This document shows, piece after piece, positions 1 to 10,849 of a stretch of 64,000 nt of DNA. Location: the NCBI GenBank assembly GCA_964019425.1, contig OZ025797.1, forward strand, positions 124,001 through 188,000. The letters run 5' to 3'. The notes beneath the pieces were generated by a model. The model was not told the DNA's origin and made no database searches. It saw nothing but the letters and a program-made list of their open reading frames with translations. The translations under genes were made by a program, and so were the position numbers. Position 1 is the first letter of the stretch. Every line of letters begins with the position of its first letter. The stretch is from Flectonema sp. DT1601. Lineage: Eukaryota.

Positions 1-31
1 TCGGTTGTGTAAATGTAATATCGAACTAGAG

Positions 32-1939
32 TCACTGAATTGGATTAGCTCTGGATATATCTACAGCCTCAGTTACAACAGAGTTGAGTATCATTCGATG
101 GTGTCTTGGAGATGTCGATCTCGGAGTGTAGTTAGAGGACGACTTAACTCCACAATCATCAATTACAGGAGGCAGCATTCTTCGAAGTGAACTATTCCTA
201 ACTTGAATACCCTCAACAGGAGATGATGATGTTGGAGATGTGCATTCCACAAACCTTGATGGCCGTTGAATAGATTTCCTACACCGAACTGGAGGTTTCA
301 CCACAACAAGATTTGGTAAGAAACACGGAGGTTCTCTGTGTTGTTCAGTAACGTCTGACTCGCTGTCATTTTGTTTCTTAAACTGTTGAGTGCTGGTACT
401 GAGGTCTTTTAGTATAACTTTAATACGCTCACTCTGCGTCTGCTGATATGTCTTAGCAGGTATTGGTTGCATAAACCTTTTCAATGCCAAGTCACTTGGA
501 AATCCCAACACCAAATGCAATGCCTTAGCAGGTTTTCGATTACTGTTAATATCAAATGAAGGTCTCGAAACTGATGTATTCTCACACAAGGGTGCAATTG
601 GAATAACATAAAGTGATTTATTATTATTCGCTACACTCATCCGTGTTGGTGAACTCTGCAATGAGTCTGGATGTCTCTGTTTAGGTACAGTGCGAAATCC
701 CTTCTTCTTTGCTTTTGGAACACTAATATTGATGTGAGGTACGGCTCTTTCCTCTATTGGGATGTCAACACCAGTGACATCGTTTGCAAGTCTGTATGTC
801 GTAAGAAGCGATTCGATGACACCTTTTACTGTTAAGTTGTCAAGAAGTAGATTACTTTTAGAAATTGGTTTTGGTGGTTTTTTTGGAGCATCTAGAATCT
901 TACAATAATCGTACTGACTGAGAGAAGTATACCGTTTTTGTTCTAAATTATAAAACCGATGAGCACTTTCATAATGTGAAAGTGACTTGACGTGAGACTC
1001 TCTTCTTCGCTTGTCTAATTGTAATAACACAGCGTGTCTTACTGAGAAGGGTACAAACGACTCTGGAACAATACAAGGGATTGGATCCACAGGAAATGGT
1101 GAATACGCTAATGGAAGTTCTCTGAACACCTCATAAGGATGAAATTGATAAGCACTTGACTCGTGTGGTAGCCTTCGAAGAACTTTAGCTACCTCAAACC
1201 AATCAACTTGTCTAACGTTGCATTCTATTCGAAGCCACTGTCGGTGGTATAGACTTATTCGTGCGAAATTCCTTACTCTAAGTCTTCTGTATCGTTGTTG
1301 AATTCGTATGACACATTTCAATAGTTTGCAGCATGCATGACGTATTTGGTTTCCCTTACCTACGGCTTTGAGAATTACTTTTATCATCGCAACTTGATCG
1401 TGTTTTTTTGCTTCTCGTCTTTTTAAAATAGTTCTCTTGAGCCCTTTTGATATTATTGCGAGAGAGTTATCCTCAAGTAACTTTCTACGAGCAGAAGCAT
1501 GCTTGATGTCTGTAATAGTTTGACTTAACATTGATGAGTGTGCATGCCATTCAGAAATGACGTTGAAGTACCAAAGCCTCCTAACTAATTCGAATATCGA
1601 AAACCATTTCTCACTGAGTTCTCTTTTTATTTTTACTTTTCCTGGAACTGGAGGTCTACCAGTGTCAGACTTCGTCGTTCCTTCTTGAAGAGGTTTTCTG
1701 TGTAGTTGCTTAGTATTCATTCCGTGTTCTAAACAGGATTTATTCCACCTCACAAAGTTTATTCTTTCCTTTGCCATTCGTCGTCGTTGTTGTGTTTTTC
1801 TTTCAAGTTGTTTTTTCTCAGCCGATAGTCTGAAATGATCATACAGACTTCCACCTGATTTCGCACTTTTTCGCAGTTCATCAATCTGAGTTTCAATAAG
1901 TTTTTTAATTGTACTGCTGTCATGTTTACGTTCACTCAT
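32..1939 (-). CDS. Hypothetical basic protein with a possible IQ-like motif
   Basis: 635-aa ORF; 'VIRIQQRYRRLRVR' resembles an IQ calmodulin-binding motif; low-complexity S/P C-terminus. Confidence 0.75.
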   Translation of the reverse strand: MSERKHDSSTIKKLIETQIDELRKSAKSGGSLYDHFRLSAEKKQLERKTQQRRRMAKERINFVRWNKSCLEHGMNTKQLHRKPLQEGTTKSDTGRPPVPGKVKIKRELSEKWFSIFELVRRLWYFNVISEWHAHSSMLSQTITDIKHASARRKLLEDNSLAIISKGLKRTILKRREAKKHDQVAMIKVILKAVGKGNQIRHACCKLLKCVIRIQQRYRRLRVRNFARISLYHRQWLRIECNVRQVDWFEVAKVLRRLPHESSAYQFHPYEVFRELPLAYSPFPVDPIPCIVPESFVPFSVRHAVLLQLDKRRRESHVKSLSHYESAHRFYNLEQKRYTSLSQYDYCKILDAPKKPPKPISKSNLLLDNLTVKGVIESLLTTYRLANDVTGVDIPIEERAVPHINISVPKAKKKGFRTVPKQRHPDSLQSSPTRMSVANNNKSLYVIPIAPLCENTSVSRPSFDINSNRKPAKALHLVLGFPSDLALKRFMQPIPAKTYQQTQSERIKVILKDLSTSTQQFKKQNDSESDVTEQHREPPCFLPNLVVVKPPVRCRKSIQRPSRFVECTSPTSSSPVEGIQVRNSSLRRMLPPVIDDCGVKSSSNYTPRSTSPRHHRMILNSVVTEAVDISRANPIQ

Positions 1940-2357
1940 CTAGTCTGTTGACGTCTTTACGATGATCGCATCTTTTGTATTTATATTACTGTAGAATTAA
2001 TAAAGTACTGTGGAGGTACTTACTACCCTTTCAACTTGTAGGTATTTACATGAAGTACCTAAAGCACAGAATGGTGCTGAGCGAGCGATTAACGATCGGA
2101 AGTTTTTATGTCTTTTTTTTTGGGGGGGCTTATCTTAAAAAGATGTTCTTCGGGAAGAAAACACATGCTGGTAGTTCGCTTGCTTTTCTTAGTCAGCTGG
2201 AATTCCATCAGAGAAAACTGTTAAAAGTACAGGACGGACGGCTTATCACCCGGTACATAAAACTGAGTTATGTTCTCAAGACACACTCAACACTACAGTT
2301 CACTGTTCGGTTATACGCGACAGACGCACTTCTTAGCGCAGAATGATTTGTTTCAAC

Positions 2358-3863
2358 TTACAACCCACCGTACTCCTCACGCTCAAGAGAGTAGTAATCA
2401 GTCTCTGAAGAGGTCAGAAACTTTTCGAAGTCGATTGGCAGACCCCTAGCAGCTTCAAGCAGTAACTCAATCCTGTAAGAGGGAAGGTTGGGAACAGAAT
2501 TGCGAGTTAATTCACTGACAGTCTTCTTTGAAGCAGCACACTTTGCAATACCTTGTGTGTACTTTGAGGCAATTCGAGAATGAAGAATGTTAAACCACAA
2601 CTTTACACGGCATCGTCGCTGTTCGTTAGCAGCGTATCTACGCTTCTTATGCTCCTCATCCACGAGGTCATCAATTGTAGGTGGAGTAGGGATAGGGTTT
2701 AATAATTCTGTGGCCTTGGGTGATTTTGGAGGAGGTACTTCTTTCTTAGGACTTTCAACCCACTGCAATTCCTCCTCAAACCAACCTAAGATTGCTTCTC
2801 CAAACTTAGTCTCAGGAAGCTTTAGTCTTTTCACCATATCATCATAAATAGTAGATAAGTAGATAACATCGTTAGCGGCATAAGCCTTGGCAGGGTCACC
2901 CAGTGGCCGTACTGTCCAATCCTTACATTGTTCATCTTTGCTAAGAATAACATTTAGTTCGTCATAGGCTAATTGATTAAACCCTCCTCGAAATCCTTCG
3001 TAACTCGCAAGTTGCTGTAGATCAATTGTGTGTTTTTTAAGTGGAACGATGTCGAAGGTTGCCAACAACCGGAGATCACATGAAAGTGAGAACCCAATAA
3101 TGCGGCAATTTGAATGCTCCAGAAGTGGTTTCAAAATTTTAAGAGAATCACCAAGTTTATAAGCATCTATGAGGTATGTTGTACCGTGAGTTGCATTACC
3201 GATGTGAAGCTGCAATAAACACAGAACGAAACTATCTGTAAAATTATAACTATCAAATTCGGTATCAAATCCTATTTCAACTGGGGATGATGACGTTTCT
3301 ATGTGTCTCGTAATCTCATCAACGAATACTCCCAACTCACTTTCCGTATCGATAAAAATAATCTTGATGTCTGCTGATGTTTCCGTCTCAGGACCTCTGT
3401 ATACTACCGCCTTGCCTCTTTTTAATGTTGACATCGTAAAATTGCAAGTGTATTCTCTGTCATTCATCACTTTTTTTGCTTTATCAGGGGATTCGAACTG
3501 GACAATCGTATAGTCTTTTAGTTGAAGGTATCTCTTGGCTCCATTCTCAGAGAGGTATTTTGTAAAATTGCTGCTGTCTGAGTTGACGAAGCTGAGAACG
3601 CTCAGGATGAGGTCGATATCACTACTGTCTCGGGGTGGCTTGTTTGGGTTCTTAATCACAAAGCCTGGCTGCCTTTGAATCTTAAAGTTATTACGCATAG
3701 ACATGAATGCATCAACAGCCTCTGAACTTTCGAACGAAACCCTTCCAAAGGTATTTCTAAAGTAGTATCCTATCACACCCTGAGCCTGAACTAAAAGATT
3801 CAGAAATTCTCGTTCCTGTCCCTCATTAGTGGACACATTAACCGTTTGTTGCAATGAACTCAT
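2358..3863 (-). CDS. DEDDy 3'-5' exonuclease (RNase D-like) with N-terminal RRM-like segments
   Basis: ExoI 'GFDTEF', ExoII 'LSCDLRLL', ExoIII 'YAANDV'; RNase D-style 'LSKDEQCKDWTVRPL'; RNP1-like 'FGRVSFES' and 'YTIVQFES'. Confidence 0.85.
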   Translation of the reverse strand: MSSLQQTVNVSTNEGQEREFLNLLVQAQGVIGYYFRNTFGRVSFESSEAVDAFMSMRNNFKIQRQPGFVIKNPNKPPRDSSDIDLILSVLSFVNSDSSNFTKYLSENGAKRYLQLKDYTIVQFESPDKAKKVMNDREYTCNFTMSTLKRGKAVVYRGPETETSADIKIIFIDTESELGVFVDEITRHIETSSSPVEIGFDTEFDSYNFTDSFVLCLLQLHIGNATHGTTYLIDAYKLGDSLKILKPLLEHSNCRIIGFSLSCDLRLLATFDIVPLKKHTIDLQQLASYEGFRGGFNQLAYDELNVILSKDEQCKDWTVRPLGDPAKAYAANDVIYLSTIYDDMVKRLKLPETKFGEAILGWFEEELQWVESPKKEVPPPKSPKATELLNPIPTPPTIDDLVDEEHKKRRYAANEQRRCRVKLWFNILHSRIASKYTQGIAKCAASKKTVSELTRNSVPNLPSYRIELLLEAARGLPIDFEKFLTSSETDYYSLEREEYGGL

Positions 3864-4153
3864 TGTTCTTTTGTTTGTTTTTGTTGTTTTGTTGGTTCAG
3901 TTTTTTTTTTTTTTTTTTTTTCTGAAAATGATAATAGTAAATAATTTTTTTAAACGTTTTAACAACCTTAGCTTTTGATTCCTATCAAACCTTTTTGATT
4001 CCTACTTAAAGAATTAATAACATAAAGTAAACTAAATATGATTAACTTTAGGTCAAGAGGTTAAAAACCTAAATACTTCCCCTCAGTGATGTCAGAATCT
4101 CTGTTAATTATGCTCCCTTTAGTAACATGAAGGTCCCTCATCAAATATTAATG

Positions 4154-5395
4154 TTATTTTTTGCCTAAGATAGAATTTCTCATGGCTTCCTTTTCGTCAG
4201 GAGTTGCGTATTTCATACGAAGATCATTCGGTAATGCAATACCAAAGTGTCGTTCAGCAGCTGGTTTTACAGTTGGATTCAAATCAGCGTGATTCTTTTC
4301 AAGATACTCATCAGCGAGGATAGGAAAGAATCGACGAAGAAGATCAGTACCGTGAAGATCGTGTTTTTCATCTTCTAAAGCAGCCTCCCTGGATGTTTTC
4401 ATATTAGTTGCAAAACGCTCACGTCTAGGAGCAGCTTTTGTAGTAAACGATGAGTCACACATAAACCCACCACTCGAATTCTCAGCTGGTAAGAACTGAC
4501 AGCTAACAATACCAGTTTCTGATTCCTTGTTTTCAAGAAATCGACCATCTGTCGGTGATCCAGTAAGAAGCCGTGATACGTGAAGATCACTTGTTGGGAT
4601 ATCTTTCGTGACACGGCTTATCATATCATACATTAACTCACCTAATCCTTTGAACTGCTTTGATGATGTTACGATAGTTGAAATATGTTTGCAATCAGTT
4701 TTCTGTTTACATTTATTAATAATATCTAAGAACCACAATCCTTGTTCTTCTTCTGTCATTCCTTTATGTGTTTGTAAGAAGCTATTCTCACCTAGGATAC
4801 GATCTGCCATAGTAATGACTTGAGTAAACATAATTCCCTTCATAGATAAAAACTCCATCATCATTTCATCACGTTCTGTAAAACCGTCCGGTTTAACTTC
4901 ACAAAGGAGATAGACGTGTTTTACGTTTGGTCGGCTTTTTATCAAAGCGTATGCGCTATTTTGCCATTGGTGTTGGACAAGAAGAGTTTCATTGGTGAAT
5001 CCAAAACCAGGAGTGTCAAGCAGTCGAAAGACTTTACCGATATTAACAAAGTTAATCAATCTTTGGTTTTCAACTCTGTCACAAGTCTTAGCTTGAGCAT
5101 TCAAAGCTTTTAGAAGTCTTGATTTCCCAACTGATCTCCGACTTAAGAATACGATTTCAGGAACCTTCACATCAGTCAGGTAACCTATATTAGCTGCGCT
5201 ACCTTCCCAGGTTGTTTTTCCTCCCCAAACTGAGAGTCCTAAGTTGAACATTGCCTCTCCTCGTGGCTGAGTAATTTCATTTTTTTTCAATTTTCGCAAC
5301 TCCTCGTAAGCATTGAATCTGTCTCTTCGTCCTCCGTTAACATCACGTAGCCGCGATCCATTTTGTCTTAATGCAACGATGCATTGCTTGATCAT
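4154..5395 (-). CDS. EngB/YihA/YsxC-family GTPase-like protein with degenerate motifs, possibly mitochondrial
   Basis: 'PEIVFLSRRSVGKSRLLKAL' (G1-like), 'INFVNIG..FRLLDTPGFG' (G3), 'ITMADRI' (G4-like), 'TSSK' (G5-like); basic N-terminus. Confidence 0.8.
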   Translation of the reverse strand: MIKQCIVALRQNGSRLRDVNGGRRDRFNAYEELRKLKKNEITQPRGEAMFNLGLSVWGGKTTWEGSAANIGYLTDVKVPEIVFLSRRSVGKSRLLKALNAQAKTCDRVENQRLINFVNIGKVFRLLDTPGFGFTNETLLVQHQWQNSAYALIKSRPNVKHVYLLCEVKPDGFTERDEMMMEFLSMKGIMFTQVITMADRILGENSFLQTHKGMTEEEQGLWFLDIINKCKQKTDCKHISTIVTSSKQFKGLGELMYDMISRVTKDIPTSDLHVSRLLTGSPTDGRFLENKESETGIVSCQFLPAENSSGGFMCDSSFTTKAAPRRERFATNMKTSREAALEDEKHDLHGTDLLRRFFPILADEYLEKNHADLNPTVKPAAERHFGIALPNDLRMKYATPDEKEAMRNSILGKK

Positions 5396-5800
5396 GTTTT
5401 CTTACGGATAGTAGCGCTGCATTGAAAGCTGCAGACTGTTTTAAAAAAAAAAAAAAAACCGTTACTTATGTTTATTGTTAGTATTCACTCTTTTTCCTTT
5501 TTTTTATTTTAAATTATTTTTTTTTGAACATTCAACAAAAATAATAATATAACTCTCTCCTCATTTTCCTTATGAAACACTTTTGACTGAACTAAGTTCC
5601 ACTGGATTGTACCACAACCATAAGGATCGTTTTTTTTTTTTTTTTTTTTTAAATAAAACATGTGTAAGTGAATAGAAACTTGACAGACAAGATTAGAATA
5701 AGAATGGATCAAGTTTTACACACACATCGTGGCGTGTACTGAAATAGCCATATTCAATTTATATTATTCTTGTCTCATACAAAAGGGTTGTTCAAAAACA

Positions 5801-5940
5801 AAACCATTCAGACAAGCCTTATATTTTGTTGATTGCAGCTAGTGTTACTGGCGCACAGGGAAATAGATAACATGACATAATAAATAATGGCTCTTAATCT
5901 AAATAGTTTCTTCTCCGACTTCGTCGGTGCAAAAAAAAAA
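5801..5940 (+). repeat. Dispersed repeat family A, copy 1 (terminal hairpin plus A tail)
   Basis: Near-identical to 55273-55404 apart from a 10-nt indel and a few substitutions; ends CCGACTTCGTCGGTGC + A10. Confidence 0.9.
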
Positions 5941-6293
5941 GGGTAGGGGGTCGGAATTATACCAAGAGACTAAGAGACGAGGAGTCACCAGAGAGCTGTG
6001 TAAACGGCTTTCTGAGTAATCTGAAAACATTTTTTTTTTTTTTTTTTTAAAATGAGAAACAAACAATGGATATTAAGGAAGCTTTGAGGTAGTTCGAAAC
6101 AAAGGCTAGTAGTGAATTCCACAATATTAATACAAACATATATGTGGTATAAATAAATAAACAAACAAACAAACAAAATACAAAATAGCCGAAGGTATAA
6201 ATTCACTGTGGCGAAAAAAGATGCCCAAACAGCAGCGCCTGGAAAAACTGTCACGCTTAACCCGAGTAAAGGTAGAAGTTACTTATTTTTTTC

Positions 6294-7448
6294 TCACGTA
6301 CTTTTTCTACAACTTAATTCCTCTAATTCGCTACGAAGTACTGCAGATGGATGTCGTCTGGGAGGGTTAAAATCCAACAGGAGGGAATCTGGAGGTACGG
6401 AAACACACGTGTGAGACAACTTTAAAATAAGTCTCCTGGCACGTTCTCTCAAGAGGTTAGCAGGCATGTCAGGTTCCGGTTGTTTTGATGCAGCGGAAGG
6501 AGGGATTTTTGGTTCTGGTTCACAACTAGCTGCAATGATATCCTGATACCCTTCATTAGACCAATTATTAAAATGACGTAATGATCCAATTAACTGTTGG
6601 TGTTCTAATCCTATTCGTCTAATTGCTGAACTCGTAGCCTTCGCATCCTTTCGAGCAGACGGAGGATGATGAGGAACAGTACCCTGTAAACTAACCATTG
6701 AAGACCCACTAAATGAAACTAATTTCCTCCTTGCTAAACTCACTGGAACTGATTCATGTTGTTTCTGTTGCTTTCTTCTTCCAGCAGTTACAATTTGTCT
6801 TGATTTGGTTGGCTGACTTCGCTGTTTCTTCGAACTCGAAATCGCTTCCTGACTTTCATCAGCTGCTACCGGTGGCTCAATTACAATATTCTCATCTGGA
6901 ACAGCAAATCCTTTTAATGGATTGAGTAAGGCAGCTGTTGGGAAGGATTTAAAGAGAGGTTGAAAACAGAGTTGATTACAACTTCTGATAGAACCACCTG
7001 TTGCAATTTGTGGGATTGTAAAATAATCAGATTTCTGAGGAGAGTTAGCAAGGCGACAGTTCGATTCAGTAAGTTGTGTGATTACAATATGTTTGGTTAG
7101 ACAAGGATCAGCAGACAACCAAACCCAAAGAGTATCCGTAAACTTTTGATACCCAACAGGGCAACCACTTGGAGATACCAACGCCCACAGTAATGCGAGT
7201 AACCTAATTCGGATATCAGTCATGGCAGACATTACCCAAATGAAATTATCCTTTCCAAGATTTCCTCTTGTTCTTGACATAACTAATCTCCACAATGAAT
7301 CAATCTGTGCCACTACTTCAACGTCTTGTTGTAAAGACATTGGTGGTGATGATATCTTCATGCAGGTGTACTCTCCTCCACGACCACAATTAATTGCTAT
7401 CCTGCCAGTTGATCCTTCCCCCAACTCGTCAGATATCATTGTTGCCAA
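6294..7448 (-). CDS. Hypothetical protein (5' end uncertain)
   Basis: 384-aa ORF on the coding strand; first ATG a few codons in; no recognised domain. Confidence 0.65.
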   Translation of the reverse strand: MATMISDELGEGSTGRIAINCGRGGEYTCMKISSPPMSLQQDVEVVAQIDSLWRLVMSRTRGNLGKDNFIWVMSAMTDIRIRLLALLWALVSPSGCPVGYQKFTDTLWVWLSADPCLTKHIVITQLTESNCRLANSPQKSDYFTIPQIATGGSIRSCNQLCFQPLFKSFPTAALLNPLKGFAVPDENIVIEPPVAADESQEAISSSKKQRSQPTKSRQIVTAGRRKQQKQHESVPVSLARRKLVSFSGSSMVSLQGTVPHHPPSARKDAKATSSAIRRIGLEHQQLIGSLRHFNNWSNEGYQDIIAASCEPEPKIPPSAASKQPEPDMPANLLRERARRLILKLSHTCVSVPPDSLLLDFNPPRRHPSAVLRSELEELSCRKST

Positions 7449-7684
7449 TCAACTGTTTGGAGGAATTAAATAATAAAACTCATCATCACATATTTCGATT
7501 GTTTATTTCATGTTTGGCGGTTCGTACATTGTAAGCCTGTTGGTTGTTCTTTTTTTTTTTTTTTTTTTTTTTTTCCATTTCCCAACTCTGGCAAGTGTAA
7601 GTAGCCTAAAAGTGAGTTGCGGGATGGATCTCCCTCACCTTCTCTGTAAACTATTGTTATCAATGAGTCTAACTGAAGTTATTT

Positions 7685-7918
7685 CTACACAACATCAGAT
7701 GATCCAACTAGACTGTCGAGTCCTAATCGTAATTGAGGAACAAGAACACGATGATGAGATACTCGCATGGTCCCATTTTTCGTTATATCAATTCTTCGTT
7801 CTGGAGTATCAGTTACCCATTTCTTTTTTTGAGGAGTTTTCGATGAGATGTGTACGTGCATATCCATTCCCCCCAACCTCCCTCCTTTTAATGGAAGTGA
7901 AACATCATTAGCAGGCAT
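7685..7918 (-). CDS. Short ORF or first exon of an unresolved gene
   Basis: ATG preceded by a CCTAAACAG acceptor-like site; reading frame resumes after an AAATAACTTCAG acceptor-like site, but I could not build a complete model. Confidence 0.3.
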   Translation of the reverse strand: MPANDVSLPLKGGRLGGMDMHVHISSKTPQKKKWVTDTPERRIDITKNGTMRVSHHRVLVPQLRLGLDSLVGSSDVV

Positions 7919-8128
7919 ATTGAAACAACAATACCTGTTTAGGAATTAGTTAAGGGAATGGTTTGTTTGTTTTTTTTTCTTAAATTCATAGTCGTAGCTG
8001 AGTGAATTCGAAGAGGAAACGAAAAAACCAAAAAGATGGAAGAAAAAAAAAGTGTAAATGAGGCCGCAAAAACTAAACTGGGGGTTTATTTTTTTGTTAT
8101 GTTTTTCATTTTCCGTTACTTCACGACA

Positions 8129-10666
8129 TTAGTCGAAGACAGGGAATGTTGATAGCTGTCCGGGGAATATTTTTTCATCCTCATGCTTGCCCCTTCGCTG
8201 TAAGACTTTTCTTACAAATGCTGATGTTGTTGTACGACGGTAGAGGCTGTCTGTGAAGATTGCCGATGGGGAGGATTTGACGACCGCAAACGAGCTTGCG
8301 ATATCACAACTTGAATTTAATGGACATAATAAACGAGGGGGTTCACTACTTGAAAAGGAACAGGTGTCAGTGAATGGAAAGTTGTGCTGTGTACTCCAAT
8401 CATTGAAACAGGATACTGATGAAAGATTATCATTCTTTAGAGGAGACAGATCTTCTGACTTCAGTTCGTTTTCTTTACCGCCGCCAGACACGTCTTGGGA
8501 TCCTAATCTCGCAAAACTTTGAAATAAAGCTAATACTGGAGGTACTTCTGGTTTCATCACTACAAAGAACGTCGTCCTGTGACGAGTTACTAATAATTTT
8601 GGTTCTTCTTCTTCTTCTGCAGGGGGTTGTGCGTAAGATCCCGGAACTACTGATTTGAGATTTCCTTGTAAGACATCATCGACAGCCTTAGTGTGGTTTT
8701 TAAGAACATTATCAAGTCTGTTAGTTAGTATTTCTGATGGAGATAAAACACTTTTTGTTAATATGTTCACAGCTCTCGCCTTCATGACTCCCTTGTAGTA
8801 CTTCCCAGTTGGCGGAGTTGTCTTTCCTGCTGGTCGAGTTGACATTGTCTGTTCTTGCTTTTTAGTTATTGAAAACTTCTCTGAATAGTAGACAGCCGAC
8901 ATTGACGTCGATACTGGAAAAAACAAATCAGCGTCTCCACCCAGAGGACCGTATCGGTGACGTGACAGAAGAAGCGTTTCTTCTTTGCATAGCTGCTTGC
9001 TTAAAGAATAGAATCGGTTGTATGTTTTACCATCGTCAATGGACAACAAAAAAGTTGATAAATCATCCCTTCTTAGAAACCAACAGTCACAATTACTACG
9101 AGCATTTATAGTACTAATCCACTTACTGGGTACCAGCATACCAGATGATAAGCATTCCCCTTTTCCTATTCTTCTGGTTACGGTGTTGTAGCAGACTGTT
9201 GCTCTACCCTTTTCGAAAATCACACATTCTTGACAAGGATACGACACAGTCGTTATGAAGCTTCCCGGTGGAAATACTATCGGTTTGAAAAGTCTACAGA
9301 TATTTAAGAAATCTGATTCTTTTAAAATACCCAACGATAATACTTTCCTATAAAGTGGAGTAACTCTCAACAGTGAAGGCTGTAGGTGAGGATCCATCCA
9401 AGAACATCTTGTAATGGAAGAAGCTTTAAAGAGATCATTTCTATCAGCAGATGAGCTGTCTATAACCCTAATCAACTCAGGTAGACGTAGTACCCAAGTA
9501 TCACATTCAGTTACAGTGGTGATCCATTGAGCTGTTCCATATTTTAACATTATGCCTTCTCCTATTGTACTTGGTGCTTTTATCCACGAGAGTACAACAA
9601 TCTGGTCTCCAAGCTGAAGTTGGATGGCACAGGTTCCTGATCTCAGAAATATTATTTTATCATTTAAAATTTCAGCTTCACGTCCTTGAACAACCACTGA
9701 AGGATTCGGATGAAACAAAGTCACACCTGGAGGTTCTGATTTCGGAACTAACACTCTACAAACAGATTGCAAAATTTTATTATCAAACCCTCTAAGTACC
9801 GGGGATGTTTGAATAATCTGAGGTGTCATCGGGAATTGAACTGGAATGGTTGATGTCCTGTATTGTAGGATAAGACTGCTAATAGAATCTTTTACTTCGC
9901 GTGTCAGATTATTCATGTGTGAAATAATAACTTTACCCGGAATTAAAAATACTTCGGCGGTGTCACTGAAGACAGAAACCGATTCTTGAGAATCAAAAGC
10001 CAAAAAGTTTGCCTCACCTACGACGAGCGGTGCGTTACAAAACCGGTACTTGAACCCACGTGTGCTGGTGAGTTTGACTTTTCCGCTCGTCAAAATGTAT
10101 ATGCCGGGTGGATTCTTTTCACCAGGGTATAGAATTAGTTGTCGGTTTTGATACACTAGCGGCACAGCTGTTTTGATTAGCCCAATGAAAGAGTCATCTG
10201 AAAACCTCATCAACTTAAAAAACCGTTTATACAAAATAGAAGGAGGGTCTAGGTTAGCTGCCAGACCCTGGGCTTGACGTTGCTTCCAACGAATTCGTAA
10301 AAATATCCAAAGACTAAAATGGTCAACAAGCCTCTTTAAAGCTTCAGTCTTAACAAGTTTACTGGCAATATCTGACAGCGATGATAATGTCCATCCTGGG
10401 CATAAGTTATAAGTTTTTTTATCAACCGTTTTTGGTGCTGAGAACTGCATCGTGTTCGTCTTTGCCGTCTTCAGAGATCTCTGATTTCTCACGAGCATCA
10501 TAAACCTACAGCAACAATAACAAAGTAGAAATACAATTGATAGCTTCTTCATCGACTTTGTCTTTACTTTTACTGACCAATCACCTCCACAGTATCCCAG
10601 TGGTGAGCTTATACACTTTGTAAACCGAATGGGATACTGGATAATTTTAAAGTCTTTCGACTGCAT
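8129..10666 (-). CDS. Multi cyclic-nucleotide-binding (CNB) domain protein
   Basis: Three CNB-like units: 'GIYILTSGKV..VVGEANFL', 'IIFLRSGTC..TIGEGIML..TVTECDTWVL', 'CVIFEKGRATV..ARSNCDCWFLRRDD'; true start may be downstream of 10666. Confidence 0.8.
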   Translation of the reverse strand: MQSKDFKIIQYPIRFTKCISSPLGYCGGDWSVKVKTKSMKKLSIVFLLCYCCCRFMMLVRNQRSLKTAKTNTMQFSAPKTVDKKTYNLCPGWTLSSLSDIASKLVKTEALKRLVDHFSLWIFLRIRWKQRQAQGLAANLDPPSILYKRFFKLMRFSDDSFIGLIKTAVPLVYQNRQLILYPGEKNPPGIYILTSGKVKLTSTRGFKYRFCNAPLVVGEANFLAFDSQESVSVFSDTAEVFLIPGKVIISHMNNLTREVKDSISSLILQYRTSTIPVQFPMTPQIIQTSPVLRGFDNKILQSVCRVLVPKSEPPGVTLFHPNPSVVVQGREAEILNDKIIFLRSGTCAIQLQLGDQIVVLSWIKAPSTIGEGIMLKYGTAQWITTVTECDTWVLRLPELIRVIDSSSADRNDLFKASSITRCSWMDPHLQPSLLRVTPLYRKVLSLGILKESDFLNICRLFKPIVFPPGSFITTVSYPCQECVIFEKGRATVCYNTVTRRIGKGECLSSGMLVPSKWISTINARSNCDCWFLRRDDLSTFLLSIDDGKTYNRFYSLSKQLCKEETLLLSRHRYGPLGGDADLFFPVSTSMSAVYYSEKFSITKKQEQTMSTRPAGKTTPPTGKYYKGVMKARAVNILTKSVLSPSEILTNRLDNVLKNHTKAVDDVLQGNLKSVVPGSYAQPPAEEEEEPKLLVTRHRTTFFVVMKPEVPPVLALFQSFARLGSQDVSGGGKENELKSEDLSPLKNDNLSSVSCFNDWSTQHNFPFTDTCSFSSSEPPRLLCPLNSSCDIASSFAVVKSSPSAIFTDSLYRRTTTSAFVRKVLQRRGKHEDEKIFPGQLSTFPVFD

Positions 10667-10849
10667 TGTGAACTACAATGTCTATGGAAGTAACGAAATA
10701 ACGAAAATAAAAACAACACAACTCATGACTACGATGACAACACAACAGATATAATTCTTAAAGTGTAAATTAACTGAATACCATAAGAAGCACACATGAA
10801 AATGTTTTGCTTTCTGCAGATTTCGCTGCAATTTACTTAAAAAAAAGGT

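Noticed and set aside
4083..4143. Minus-strand TGATGA...CTGA pair resembling a C/D box snoRNA
   Set aside because: Imperfect box C, no terminal stem and no recognisable rRNA guide
5915..5930. Repeat A ends in GTCGGTGC, like the 3' end of the S. pyogenes tracrRNA
   Set aside because: Only 8 nt match, followed by poly-A rather than poly-U; no CRISPR array or Cas/TnpB ORF in the window
7673..7690. In-frame TAG and TAA inside an otherwise open frame, suggesting stop-codon reassignment
   Set aside because: Long genes end normally at TAA, TAG and TGA; the site looks like an intron 3' end (AAATAACTTCAG)
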